Below, piece after piece: positions 21,092 through 31,087 of a stretch of 64,000 nt of DNA (positions are counted from its first letter, which is position 1; each line of letters opens with the position of its first letter). Made by a program: the position numbers and the translations under genes. The stretch is from an uncultured bacterium (GTDB taxonomy: Bacteria > Fidelibacterota > Marinisomatia > Marinisomatales > UBA1611). Location of the stretch: NCBI GenBank assembly GCA_943788175.1, contig CALSPG010000007.1, forward strand, positions 346,258 to 410,257, read 5' to 3'. The notes under the pieces are model-generated. The model had not been told where the DNA came from. It was given only the letters and a program-made list of their open reading frames with translations, and made no database searches.

Positions 21092-21790
21092 ATGTTGTGG
21101 AAACTCACGCAAAATGTTTTAACAACCGTTGTAGTTCTTTATACTGGAATTCATTGGGGTATTGCATCCGTTCCCGGTGTTTACATTGTTTTAAATATTT
21201 TTCAAAGCACAGGATTTCATTCAAATTTTGAGCGTTCTTTATATATCGGAATCAGTATTGGGCTTGCATATGTATTATGGATGCTTTCAACAATTCTCTT
21301 AACAGCTTTATTAAGTTATGTTTTCAAGCCTTCAATCGGTTCCATCCGAGTTCCTTTTCTTTCTTTAATAACGATAAGATGGGGTTTCTTAAATGTTCTA
21401 GATCGCCTGGCTAAGCCTTGCATACATCATATGGTTCCATCATGGATTACAGACTTTTATTATAGGGCTCTCGGGTGCAAAATTGGTAAGGGTGCTTTTG
21501 TAAGCAGTGATCGGATAAATGATCCTTACTTAGTTTCAATTGGCGAAAATGCAATTATAGGCTCAAAAGTAATTATTACTCCCCATTTAGCAGAAAGAGA
21601 TGATTTAGTATTTTCGCCAATTGAAATTGGTAATAATTGTTTAATTGGTTTAGGTGCGCAAATTAATCCAGGCTGTATCATTGGTGATGGCTCTGTTATA
21701 GCATCTAGGGCAATAGTTCCAAAATATACAAAAGTCCCTCCCGGAGAAGTCTGGGGTGGAATTCCAGCAAGATTTATTAAAAAGAAATAA
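21092..21790 (+). CDS. membrane-anchored hexapeptide-repeat (left-handed beta-helix) acyltransferase
   Basis: Two N-terminal TM segments; LGCKIGKGA, IGENAIIG, IGNNCLIG, VWGGIPARFIK. Confidence 0.8.
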   Translation: MLWKLTQNVLTTVVVLYTGIHWGIASVPGVYIVLNIFQSTGFHSNFERSLYIGISIGLAYVLWMLSTILLTALLSYVFKPSIGSIRVPFLSLITIRWGFLNVLDRLAKPCIHHMVPSWITDFYYRALGCKIGKGAFVSSDRINDPYLVSIGENAIIGSKVIITPHLAERDDLVFSPIEIGNNCLIGLGAQINPGCIIGDGSVIASRAIVPKYTKVPPGEVWGGIPARFIKKK

Positions 21791-21817
21791 AATTTTTTAG
21801 AAGTTTCCACCAAAGAT

Positions 21818-24034
21818 ATGAATCAATTTAACAGAGCTGAAATCATAGATAATAATTTTTTAGAATCTTTGAAAAGCAATTCTTTTCCAAAAAATGAACA
21901 GTTTACCGCGTTAAGTGATCTGAGCATAAATACCAATGAGATAGTATCTATTTTTGAAAGTCAAGTTTTAAGTAGGCATATAGATATAAAAGCGAGGGAA
22001 TTAAAAGATAAAGGACAATGTTTTTATACTATTGGAAGTTCTGGACATGAATCTAATGCCGTATTTGGTAATGTATTTCCATTTTCAGATATTGCTTTTT
22101 TACACTATCGAAGTGGTCCTTTTTTTATTGAGCGTTCAAAACAGCTTTTTGGTAGCACGCCGCTTTATGATATGGCACTATCATTCATGGCCTCCTCAGA
22201 AGACCCAATCAGTGGTGGTAGACATAAAGTGCTTGGAAGTAAACCATTAAATATTCCGCCTCAAACAAGCACAATTGCTAGTCATATTCCAAAGGCAGTT
22301 GGCGCTGCCTTTTCTATAGATAGAGCTAAAGATCTAAAAATCAAAGAAAAAGAATTAGAATCAAATAGTATAGTTATTTGTAGTTTTGGAGACGCGAGTG
22401 CAAATCATGCAAGTGCACTAACAGGCTTTAATACATCAAGGTGGGTAAGAAGTATAGGTGGAAATGTGCCTATAATTTTTATTTGTGAAGATAATGGTGT
22501 AGGTATTTCTGTTCCAACACCAAAAGATTGGATAAAAAATACTTATTCAAAACAAGAGCATTTGAAATATTTTAGCTGTAATGGGTTAAATATTCTTGAT
22601 ACAATAAGAGTATCAAAAATGGCTGAGGAATATTGCCGTTCAAATCGGGCACCAGTTTTCTTACACATGAAAACTGTAAGGTTAATGGGTCACGCCGGGT
22701 CTGATATTGAATCAAGTTATTTAGAAATAGATCATATTGAGGATGCTGAAAGAAGAGATCCATTACTTTACTCCGCTTCAGCTTTATTAGAAAATAATAT
22801 ATTGTCCTTGGAAGAAATATTCAATTTATATGAGCATGCTAGAAAAAAAGTGGATTATGTTTTTGATAAAGCAGCAACAAAACCAAGACTTTCAAAAGCA
22901 ACAGATGTAATGAAGTCCATTGTTCCTTCAAATATTAGAAAAAACCATCCCTATTCACCTCTAGAAAAAAAGAGAGCTGAAATTTTTGGTAAAGAATATA
23001 AAAGATTGTCTAGGCCTGCGCATATGGCTAAGCTAATAAACTACGCTCTTTCTGATATAATGCTACAGTACAAAAATGGTTTGATTTTTGGTGAAGATGT
23101 AGCTAAAAAAGGAGGTGTCTATCATGTTACCTCCGGTTTATATGAGCAGTTTTCAATAAGGAGAGTTTTTAATAGCCCTCTAGACGAGACATCTATTATT
23201 GGATTTGCTGCAGGATTAGCTCACAATGGATTTTTACCAATACCAGAGATACAATTTTTAGCTTATTTTCATAATGCTGAAGACCAATTAAGAGGAGAAG
23301 CCGCAACACTTTCTTTTTTTAGTCAATCTCAATATACAAACCCAATGGTAATACGTATCGCAGGTTTAGCTTATCAGAAAGGTTTTGGTGGTCATTTTCA
23401 TAATGATAACTCCTTAGCAATTTTTCGAGATATACCAGGAGTGATTGTAGCCTGTCCTTCAAATGGTGCAGATGCGGTCAAGATGTTAAGGGCTGCAGTC
23501 GAGCATGCTTACAAAAATGGAAGAATAGTAGTATTTATTGAACCTATTGCTCTATACATGACTAAGGACCTTCATGAATCTAAAGATAATAAATGGTGTT
23601 TTAATTATCCAGAATTAGGCGAAATTCTTGAAATTGGAAAATTTATTCATTATGGTGATGGTGATGCTTTAACTATTATTAGTTACGGCAATGGTCTTTA
23701 TCATTCATTAAAAGCGCAACCTGTAATTGAAAAAAAAATAAAGCAGAAAATTAAAATTATTGATTTGTGCTGGCTTTCTGATATTAATGTTGAACAGTTA
23801 ATAACCGAAATTGGATCATCCAATAAAATTTTAATTGTAGATGAGTGTCGGCGTTCAGGATCTTATGGAGAAGGTTTAATGTCTTCATTATATTCAAAAA
23901 TGAAAAACAGATATGATATAAATCTTCATGCGGCTGAGGATAGTTTTATTCCGCTTGGTGATGCAGCAACTTCTACTTTGCCAAACAGTAAGACAATAAC
24001 ATTTGAAGCATTGAAATTGTACGAAAATGCGTAA
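21818..24034 (+). CDS. fused alpha/beta E1 component of a 2-oxoacid dehydrogenase (ThDP-dependent)
   Basis: GSSGHE, LHYRSG, ThDP motif FGDASANH...EDN, LMGHAGSD; beta domain FGEDVAKKGGVY, PLDETSIIG, EIQFLAY, GGHFH. Confidence 0.9.
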   Translation: MNQFNRAEIIDNNFLESLKSNSFPKNEQFTALSDLSINTNEIVSIFESQVLSRHIDIKARELKDKGQCFYTIGSSGHESNAVFGNVFPFSDIAFLHYRSGPFFIERSKQLFGSTPLYDMALSFMASSEDPISGGRHKVLGSKPLNIPPQTSTIASHIPKAVGAAFSIDRAKDLKIKEKELESNSIVICSFGDASANHASALTGFNTSRWVRSIGGNVPIIFICEDNGVGISVPTPKDWIKNTYSKQEHLKYFSCNGLNILDTIRVSKMAEEYCRSNRAPVFLHMKTVRLMGHAGSDIESSYLEIDHIEDAERRDPLLYSASALLENNILSLEEIFNLYEHARKKVDYVFDKAATKPRLSKATDVMKSIVPSNIRKNHPYSPLEKKRAEIFGKEYKRLSRPAHMAKLINYALSDIMLQYKNGLIFGEDVAKKGGVYHVTSGLYEQFSIRRVFNSPLDETSIIGFAAGLAHNGFLPIPEIQFLAYFHNAEDQLRGEAATLSFFSQSQYTNPMVIRIAGLAYQKGFGGHFHNDNSLAIFRDIPGVIVACPSNGADAVKMLRAAVEHAYKNGRIVVFIEPIALYMTKDLHESKDNKWCFNYPELGEILEIGKFIHYGDGDALTIISYGNGLYHSLKAQPVIEKKIKQKIKIIDLCWLSDINVEQLITEIGSSNKILIVDECRRSGSYGEGLMSSLYSKMKNRYDINLHAAEDSFIPLGDAATSTLPNSKTITFEALKLYENA

Positions 24035-25040
24035 AAAAAGAATAGTCGTTGTTTGTCCCGGCCGAGGTTCTTATACCCGCGAAACTTCAAATTATTTAGA
24101 AAATGTTGATTCAAACCTTCGGGCAATGATTGAAGAGCAAGATAAAATAAGATCTGCAAAAAAATTCAAAAGTATTTTTGAGCTTGATAAAAATAGTTTC
24201 AGAGCAAAGACACATATGACTGGAGAAAATGCCTCTCCTTTGATTTATTCTTGTTCTTTAAAAGACTACGCCTCAATCAATAAAGAGGAGTTTGAAGTCG
24301 CGGCGATATGTGGTAATTCTATGGGTTGGTATATTGCGATGGCTTTGAGTGGAGCCTTAACAAGTAAAAGTGGCTTTGAGCTCATTCAGGCCATGGGTGT
24401 TTTAACTCAAGAACATGGTGAGGGTGGACAGATTATTTATCCAATTATTGATGAAGACTGGCGAATGAATATTGATCGAAAAAACATGCTATTAGATGAA
24501 GTTGCCAAAATTGGAGCCCATTTATCTATAAAGCTAGGTGGCTTTATTGTAATTGGAGGTAAACAGAGTTCCCTAGATCACCTATTAAAAACATTACCTG
24601 CCATTGATAAATATCCTTTTCAGATTCCTTTTCATGCTGCTTTTCATACTCATCACCTTGAAGAGTCGTCTACACTCGCACAATCTCATTTTGATTATAA
24701 AAATTTTAATAAGCCAAAAATCCCTTTGATAGATGGTCGAGGTAATATATGGTCTCCTTGGTCCACAGATACGCAAGCATTATTTAGTTATACGTTCGCT
24801 CATCAAATTGTAAAGCCCTATGATTTTTCTTCTTCTATAGAGGTTGCAGTAAAAGAATTTTGCCCCGACCATATTGTCCTTCTTGGGCCTGGAAATTCAC
24901 TTGGAAGTCCCGTTGCGCAGGTTTTGATAGATCATAATTGGAATGGCTTAACTTCAAAAAGCGACTTTTTAAAATCTCAAGAAAAAGACCCTTTCGTTAT
25001 TTCGATGGGGATTGAAGAGCAAAGAAACATAGTTTTATAA
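24027..25040 (+). CDS. FabD-like (ACP S-malonyltransferase family) acyltransferase, atypical
   Basis: CPGRGSY, nucleophile elbow GNSMG, HAAFHT, LGPG. Overlaps the E1 stop codon. Confidence 0.8.
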   Translation: MRKKRIVVVCPGRGSYTRETSNYLENVDSNLRAMIEEQDKIRSAKKFKSIFELDKNSFRAKTHMTGENASPLIYSCSLKDYASINKEEFEVAAICGNSMGWYIAMALSGALTSKSGFELIQAMGVLTQEHGEGGQIIYPIIDEDWRMNIDRKNMLLDEVAKIGAHLSIKLGGFIVIGGKQSSLDHLLKTLPAIDKYPFQIPFHAAFHTHHLEESSTLAQSHFDYKNFNKPKIPLIDGRGNIWSPWSTDTQALFSYTFAHQIVKPYDFSSSIEVAVKEFCPDHIVLLGPGNSLGSPVAQVLIDHNWNGLTSKSDFLKSQEKDPFVISMGIEEQRNIVL

Positions 25041-25111
25041 TTATTATTATCGAAGTTTACTTTTTTATACTTTATTAGATTAATTTACCTAAACATAACA
25101 AGGGAAATGTA

Positions 25112-26284
25112 ATGAAACTTATTGGTCCAGATTTTTACAACATATCAGATTTATTAACAGAAGAAGAATTATTTATTCAAAAAACAGCAAATGAATTCGT
25201 TACAAAAGAATTCAAGCCACTGATCAATGAGCACTTTGAAAAGGGAACCTTTCCATTAGAAATTGCTACAAAATTAGGTGAACTTGGGTTTATGGGGTCA
25301 GCTTTACCTGAAGAGAGTGGTGGAGCCGGTGTGAGTAATGTAGCATATGGTTTAATTCTTCATGAGCTTGAAAGAGGTGATTCCGGGTTACGTTCATTTG
25401 CCAGTGTTCAAGGTTCATTGGTTATGTACCCTATCCATTCATATGGATCAAATGAACAAAAAAAGAAGTGGTTACCAGGACTCGGGGCAGGTGAATTAAT
25501 TGGTTGTTTTGGACTAACTGAATCGAACTTTGGTTCAAATCCTGGAGGTATGGCTACTTCTGCAAAAAAAGATGGAGATGATTGGATTATTAATGGTTCA
25601 AAAATGTGGATTACGAATGGGAGCTTGGCCGACGTTGCACTTGTTTGGGCAAAGGATGAATCTGGTGTGATTAGAGGATTTCTGCTTGAAAAAGGAATGG
25701 ACGGTTTTACTTCAAACGATATCCATGGGAAATTAAGTTTGAGGGCTTCAGTCACTTCAGAATTATCAATGGTTGATGTAAGAGTGCCAGATAGCTCAAG
25801 GCTTCCGGATATTGAGGGATTGAAAGGACCACTTTCATGTCTTACTCAGGCAAGATATGGTATCGCCTGGGGAATGGTAGGTGCCGCTATTGATTGTTAT
25901 CAAACTGCATTGGATTACTCTTTAGAAAGAAAGCAATTTAGTAAGCCCATCGCAGGTTACCAGTTAACACAAGCCAAATTTGCAGAAATGATTACACAAA
26001 TCACGATGGCTCAATTAACGGTTTATCAGCTTGGGAGATTAAAGGATAGTGGGAAAATGAGATTTGACCAGGTGTCTTTAGCGAAAAGAAACCATTGCCA
26101 AATGGCTAGGGATGTAGCCAGGACATGTCGAGAAATTTTAGGTGGAAATGGAATTATGGAGGATTACTCTCCGATGAGGCATATGACAAATATTGAGACC
26201 GTTTTTACTTATGAAGGAACACATGAAATGCATTCCCTAATATTGGGACAGTCTGTTACAGGACTAGCAGCGTACGATTCTTAA
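25112..26284 (+). CDS. gcdH: glutaryl-CoA dehydrogenase (acyl-CoA dehydrogenase family)
   Basis: ELERGDSGLRSFASVQGSLVMYPI, GCFGLTE, KLSLRASVT, CLTQARYGIAWG, TYEGTHEMH are typical of GCDH. Confidence 0.85.
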   Translation: MKLIGPDFYNISDLLTEEELFIQKTANEFVTKEFKPLINEHFEKGTFPLEIATKLGELGFMGSALPEESGGAGVSNVAYGLILHELERGDSGLRSFASVQGSLVMYPIHSYGSNEQKKKWLPGLGAGELIGCFGLTESNFGSNPGGMATSAKKDGDDWIINGSKMWITNGSLADVALVWAKDESGVIRGFLLEKGMDGFTSNDIHGKLSLRASVTSELSMVDVRVPDSSRLPDIEGLKGPLSCLTQARYGIAWGMVGAAIDCYQTALDYSLERKQFSKPIAGYQLTQAKFAEMITQITMAQLTVYQLGRLKDSGKMRFDQVSLAKRNHCQMARDVARTCREILGGNGIMEDYSPMRHMTNIETVFTYEGTHEMHSLILGQSVTGLAAYDS

Positions 26285-26292
26285 GAGATAAT

Positions 26293-26718
26293 CTAAAAGT
26301 TATCTCTTAACATTTTTTTGAGCTCTGCTTGGTGCATTTCTTCTGTTGCAATCATAGTTCTAGCATATTCTTCTAACATTATAGACTTTCCATCAATGTT
26401 TTCTAATAAACCGTAGTAAGCTTTAACTGCAGACTTCTCATGTTCTAAACATTCATTTAAGATATCTTCTGTTGAATGCTTATGTGTTTCTAATAATTCT
26501 CCAATTTTAAGCGTAGGATGTTCTCCTAAGCTTGTAATATGCTCTCCAACCATTTCGGCATGCATTAAAGATTCTTTTGCTTGTTCTCTAAGCCAGTCTA
26601 CAACACTTAATCTGTAGGGACCTTGAACCATGAATGCGTAATGAGTGTATCTAACTACACCAGCAAGTTCAAGTTCAAGTATATTGTTTAAAGAGTTTAA
26701 TATTTTGTCTTTATCCAT
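26293..26718 (-). CDS. bfr: bacterioferritin/ferritin-like diiron protein
   Basis: LELEL...Y, ESLMHA, LEHEKSAV, EEMH diiron motifs. Confidence 0.75.
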   Translation of the reverse strand: MDKDKILNSLNNILELELAGVVRYTHYAFMVQGPYRLSVVDWLREQAKESLMHAEMVGEHITSLGEHPTLKIGELLETHKHSTEDILNECLEHEKSAVKAYYGLLENIDGKSIMLEEYARTMIATEEMHQAELKKMLRDNF

Positions 26719-26767
26719 TATTAAAGATAGTGCTAATTAGCTTAAAAATATTAATCATTTAAATCTT

Positions 26768-27541
26768 TTAGATTAGATTTATGGAATTATATGTTTTGAT
26801 TTCATCATTAATTTCAATTTGGGCATAGCCTTTTTCGTTAAGGCCAGTAAAAGTGCCTTCATTAAGTTTGTTATTATTTGAGAAAGAAACTTTTTTGTTT
26901 AAATGTAAACAATGGTTAAGCCATTCATCGATTATACTATTTGGTTCATCACTGAGTTTTTTTAATAGGCGTTCAAAAGAATTAATAAACTCAGCTACAA
27001 TTAATTCCCTCTGATGTGCGTGGTTTGTAATGCTAAACATAGTTGTTAATGTTTTTTGAAGGTCCTTAGGATGTTCTTCAATGGTTTCATTAACATTAAT
27101 ACCTACGCCAACTACAATTTTATCAAAAGCGTCTTTCTTTATTTTGCTTTCACATAATATTCCGCCAAGTTTTCTTTCTTGATAATAAATGTCGTTGGGC
27201 CATTTTAATGAACACTCAATACTTCTTTTTTTTAGGGATTCAACTACAGAAATACCAGTGGCTAGAGATATAAAACTAGAATGGTTAGAAGGGTACTTTT
27301 TATCGAGTATTACTGATATAGCTAATCCTTTTCCTGCAACCATCGACCATGAATTTTCTTTTCTTCCTTTACCTTTTATTTGATTTTCTGTGATTACAAT
27401 AGTGCCGTGCTGATTTTCTCGTTCTTCTTCAATTAATTCCCATGCTTCTTCATTTGTTGAATCTAGCCTATTGTAATATTCGATTTTTTTACCTAGTTCT
27501 TTAGTTCGGAGATTTGTTTGAATTAATTGAGTAAATATCAT
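26768..27541 (-). CDS. birA: biotin--[acetyl-CoA-carboxylase] ligase (no HTH domain)
   Basis: DSTN, QIKGKGR..W, KWPND, KLGGIL, GVGINVN. Confidence 0.92.
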   Translation of the reverse strand: MIFTQLIQTNLRTKELGKKIEYYNRLDSTNEEAWELIEEERENQHGTIVITENQIKGKGRKENSWSMVAGKGLAISVILDKKYPSNHSSFISLATGISVVESLKKRSIECSLKWPNDIYYQERKLGGILCESKIKKDAFDKIVVGVGINVNETIEEHPKDLQKTLTTMFSITNHAHQRELIVAEFINSFERLLKKLSDEPNSIIDEWLNHCLHLNKKVSFSNNNKLNEGTFTGLNEKGYAQIEINDEIKTYNSINLI

Positions 27542-27543
27542 AA

Positions 27544-28140
27544 TTAAATAAATAGAATTGAATAATGAACCAAAGTAGAGGTAAAACCTAAAATAAGACC
27601 AGCTATAATTTGAAGAAAATTGTGCGCATTAGCAAGCAAGCGTGCCGCAGTCAATATAAAGAAAAGTCCAAGAGATACTAATAAGTATTCATGCCCAAAT
27701 ATCCAGAATATTGTAACACTCGATGAAAGGGAAATCGCATGAATAGATATTTTCCAATATTTAGTAATAAGCCATGCCAATATAGTATTAATCATTCCAC
27801 AAAACATTATACCTTGGATCAATTTTGGTGTGTTTATTTCTCTAAGGATAATAAACCCAATTAAGTAGAAGAGGGCGCCTATACTCATAGGGAGCAATCT
27901 TTCTTCTTTTTTAGAAGCATTATAATCAGATATTAAATTTTGATTTTTTAGTATTAAAAAAGTAACAATAGGCAACAAAGTACTAAAAACCAAGGAGGTT
28001 AAAAAAACTGTTTTTGAATTTTCAATATTGGCTTCTGGGCCAGATATTAAATACCAAAAAGTGAATGAGGATATAATCATTGGATGAAGTAAATAAGAAA
28101 TAGTAACTCCTAAAATATTAGAAATGTTTTTACTATTCAT
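27544..28140 (-). CDS. PAP2-superfamily membrane protein
   Basis: Multiple TM helices, KISIH, ARLLANAHNFLQIIAG. Probable start ATG 28140. Confidence 0.65.
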   Translation of the reverse strand: MNSKNISNILGVTISYLLHPMIISSFTFWYLISGPEANIENSKTVFLTSLVFSTLLPIVTFLILKNQNLISDYNASKKEERLLPMSIGALFYLIGFIILREINTPKLIQGIMFCGMINTILAWLITKYWKISIHAISLSSSVTIFWIFGHEYLLVSLGLFFILTAARLLANAHNFLQIIAGLILGFTSTLVHYSILFI

Positions 28141-29620
28141 GAATGCCAAATATGTCTCTCATAACATTTGAAATTTCTCCCAAAGTACACTGGCCCTTAA
28201 CGCAATCTATAATCCCAGGCATGATATTATCTGTAGACTGGGCTAGAGTTTTTAATCTTTCTAATTTTTCATTAGCACTAGAATTATCTCTATTTTTTTT
28301 AAATTTAATAAGAGAATTAATTTGATCATTTGCAGAATTTAAATTGATATCAAACGTATCTATATCTTTTTGGTTTTCATCTTTGAATTGATTTACACCT
28401 ACTACTATTTTTTTGTTATGATCTACATCTTTTTGGTAATCATAAGCGCTTTTTGCAATTTGATTTTCAATCCAACCACTTTCTATTGCCTTAATAGCAC
28501 CCCCCATAGAATCAATCTCACTAATAATTTTAAAAGATTTTTTAACTAATTCCTCTGTCATTTCTTCAATTATATAACTTCCACCAAAGGGGTCAGGATG
28601 ATTGACGATATTTGATTCATGTGCGATAATCTGTTGTGTCCTCAATGCTAACTTAGCGGATTCGTCTGAGGGTAAGGATAGCGCTTCATCAAAGCTATTT
28701 GTGTGTAAAGATTGTGTTCCTCCTAGTACAGCTGATAGCGCCTGAATCGTTGTTCTCACGATATTATTATCAGGTTGTTCTGAGGTCAAGGTTGAGCCAC
28801 CAGTTTGAGTATGAAAACGACACATCATCGCTTTTTCGTTTGTGACACCAAATCTTTCTTTCATAATCGTGGACCATATTTTTCTAGCAGCACGAAACTT
28901 TGCTATTTCTTCAAGGAATCCATTATGTGAGTTAAAGAAAAAAGAGATCTGTTGACCTAATTGGTTTAGATCTAAACCATTTTTAATAGCTGTTTCCATG
29001 TACGCAATTCCATTAGCAAATGTAAAAGCAAGTTCTTGTTCCACTGTGCTCCCTGCTTCTCTAATGTGGTAGCCAGAAATAGAGATAGGATTCCATTTTG
29101 GTAGATTCTGATTACAAAACTCTAAAATATTCGTCACTATCCTCATCGAAGGATATGGTGGGTAAATATAGGTTCCTCTAGCGGCAAATTCTTTCAAGAT
29201 ATCATTTTGTATTGTACCTTTGAGTTTGGTCAACGGTATACCTTTATTTTCTGCATTAACTATATAAAAAGATAGTAGTATGGCAGCGGTAGAATTAATT
29301 GTCATTGATGTTGAGACACTGTCTAAAGGGATGCCATCAAAAAGAGTATGCATATTTTCTAAAGTAGATATTGGCACGCCTACTCGTCCAACTTCGCCCT
29401 CTGCCATTGAATCATCAGAATCATAGCCAATTTGTGTAGGTAAATCAAAGGCAACAGATAAACCCATTACTCCATTTTCCAAGAGGTATTTATATCTAGA
29501 ATTTGACTCCTTCGCAGAGGTAAATCCAGCATACTGCCTCATGGTCCAAAGGCGAGATGAGTACATTTCAGGGTACAATCCTCTAGTAAATGGGAATTTT
29601 CCAGGCTTTTCTTTTTTCAT
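28133..29620 (-). CDS. methylmalonyl-CoA mutase, large (substrate-binding) subunit without the B12-binding domain
   Basis: PGKFPFTRG, WTMRQYAGF, QNDILKE, ISISGYHIREAG, GGTQSLHTN; no DxHxxG motif. Confidence 0.9.
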   Translation of the reverse strand: MKKEKPGKFPFTRGLYPEMYSSRLWTMRQYAGFTSAKESNSRYKYLLENGVMGLSVAFDLPTQIGYDSDDSMAEGEVGRVGVPISTLENMHTLFDGIPLDSVSTSMTINSTAAILLSFYIVNAENKGIPLTKLKGTIQNDILKEFAARGTYIYPPYPSMRIVTNILEFCNQNLPKWNPISISGYHIREAGSTVEQELAFTFANGIAYMETAIKNGLDLNQLGQQISFFFNSHNGFLEEIAKFRAARKIWSTIMKERFGVTNEKAMMCRFHTQTGGSTLTSEQPDNNIVRTTIQALSAVLGGTQSLHTNSFDEALSLPSDESAKLALRTQQIIAHESNIVNHPDPFGGSYIIEEMTEELVKKSFKIISEIDSMGGAIKAIESGWIENQIAKSAYDYQKDVDHNKKIVVGVNQFKDENQKDIDTFDINLNSANDQINSLIKFKKNRDNSSANEKLERLKTLAQSTDNIMPGIIDCVKGQCTLGEISNVMRDIFGIHE

Positions 29621-29715
29621 ATTAAGTAAATATTATACTATGATTATACCTAAGCACTAAGTAGTAAGGAAAAGAGTTTTTATTTTGTTTTATTTGATCT
29701 TAAGTAAGTTCAGAT

Positions 29716-30258
29716 ATGGACATACCCATAAAATTTAAACTGTTACTATTTTGGAAAAATCTTTTAAATAAGGAAGTAGACAATCCTTCAATAGAAATAA
29801 GTAAAGAGGGTCGAGGAGTAAGCTCAATTCTATTTCTTTTGCCTGAAAAGAAGGAAGACGCTAAAATAGCAAATTATTTAGTAAAGGTACAAAATCCGTT
29901 ACCTGGATGTAAAATTGGACTTTTTTGCAGTGAAAAATCCAAAGAGTTTTATCCTCATACTGGTAATGTTCGCTTTTTTACCTATAAAGATAATTATCTA
30001 AATTATTTTGATACTATTAAATCTGTTGCTCTCTTTGATCAAATAAACTCTACCAAATATGATGCGATAGTAGATTTAAATACAGAGTTTTGTGCAGCCT
30101 CGACAATGCTTGCGCTTGAACTGGATGCTCCCATAAAAATAGGGTTTGATTCAACAATCGCGCGGAAAATATATACAATCACATTAGAGCGCAAAACAAA
30201 TGCATTTTTAGAGGGCTATTTTTCAAGAATCATGGGCCTTTTAGGCGTATCTATTTAA
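29716..30258 (+). CDS. hypothetical protein (DUF6913-like)
   Basis: YDAIVDLN...APIKIGF pattern. Confidence 0.55.
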   Translation: MDIPIKFKLLLFWKNLLNKEVDNPSIEISKEGRGVSSILFLLPEKKEDAKIANYLVKVQNPLPGCKIGLFCSEKSKEFYPHTGNVRFFTYKDNYLNYFDTIKSVALFDQINSTKYDAIVDLNTEFCAASTMLALELDAPIKIGFDSTIARKIYTITLERKTNAFLEGYFSRIMGLLGVSI

Positions 30259-30353
30259 ATTTTTTTTAAAAAAAAATAACTTTATTTACATAATAAGTTG
30301 CCCTATTGTGTTTCACCAATTATATTACCCGCCGGTTTATAAAGGTAAAATTT

Positions 30354-30749
30354 ATGTTAGAAGGTATAATTTGTCCCGTATGTGAGAACACTCTTGAAGA
30401 GGTTGATTTACAAGATTCTCTTGTGTGTCCTCACTGTCGAGCAGACTTAAAAAGCAGAAAGTTTTTAGATTTTTTAGAGTTTCTAATGGCTAATGGCATT
30501 GTAGATAATTTGGACTTTTTTGATCCAGAGGTATACAGTGAAGATGTTGACGATTTGGATCAAACAAAAGAAGAAGAGGGTGATCCGAGCGAGTTTGAAA
30601 AAAAGAAAGACCATTATAATATTTATGAAAATGAGCTTCTTCCTGAAGATAAAGCTGATGAAAATATAAAAGAATATTCACAGTTTGATGGTTTAAATGA
30701 TGAATGGGAAGACTTTAACGAAAGAGATTTTGAGAACTCTAAAAAATAA
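30354..30749 (+). CDS. zinc-ribbon protein with acidic C-terminus
   Basis: CPVC and CPHC motifs; likely start ATG 30354. Confidence 0.65.
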   Translation: MLEGIICPVCENTLEEVDLQDSLVCPHCRADLKSRKFLDFLEFLMANGIVDNLDFFDPEVYSEDVDDLDQTKEEEGDPSEFEKKKDHYNIYENELLPEDKADENIKEYSQFDGLNDEWEDFNERDFENSKK

Positions 30750-30760
30750 GAAGGTTAGTA

Positions 30761-31087
30761 ATGGATAATGATAAAAAAAACGTTCAACAAATTAATATAG
30801 AGCTTGATGCGGATGTTAGTAGTGGTGAATATTCAAATTTTGTTGTTGTCACGCACTCCCCAGCAGAATTTGTATTAGACTTTACTAGAATCCTTCCGGG
30901 TGTACCTAAAGCGAAAGTTCATTCAAGGGTTATCATGGCACCACCACATGCTAAAACATTCCTCAGAGCTCTTGGAGATAACATAAAAAAGTTTGAGTCA
31001 AAACATGGTGAAATAAACGTACCAAAAAATGAAGATGGCTTTTCTCCTTTTGGCGTAAAAGCCCCTGATGATAATATGCCTAACTAA
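30761..31087 (+). CDS. DUF3467 domain protein
   Basis: GEYSNFVVVTHSPAEFVLDF...SRVIMAPPHAK...FESKHGEI. Confidence 0.85.
   Translation: MDNDKKNVQQINIELDADVSSGEYSNFVVVTHSPAEFVLDFTRILPGVPKAKVHSRVIMAPPHAKTFLRALGDNIKKFESKHGEINVPKNEDGFSPFGVKAPDDNMPN

Noticed and set aside
28133-29620. Methylmalonyl-CoA mutase lacking its B12-binding domain as a truncation or novelty
   Set aside because: Split large/small-subunit mutases are well known, and the RQY motif is the standard methylmalonyl type.
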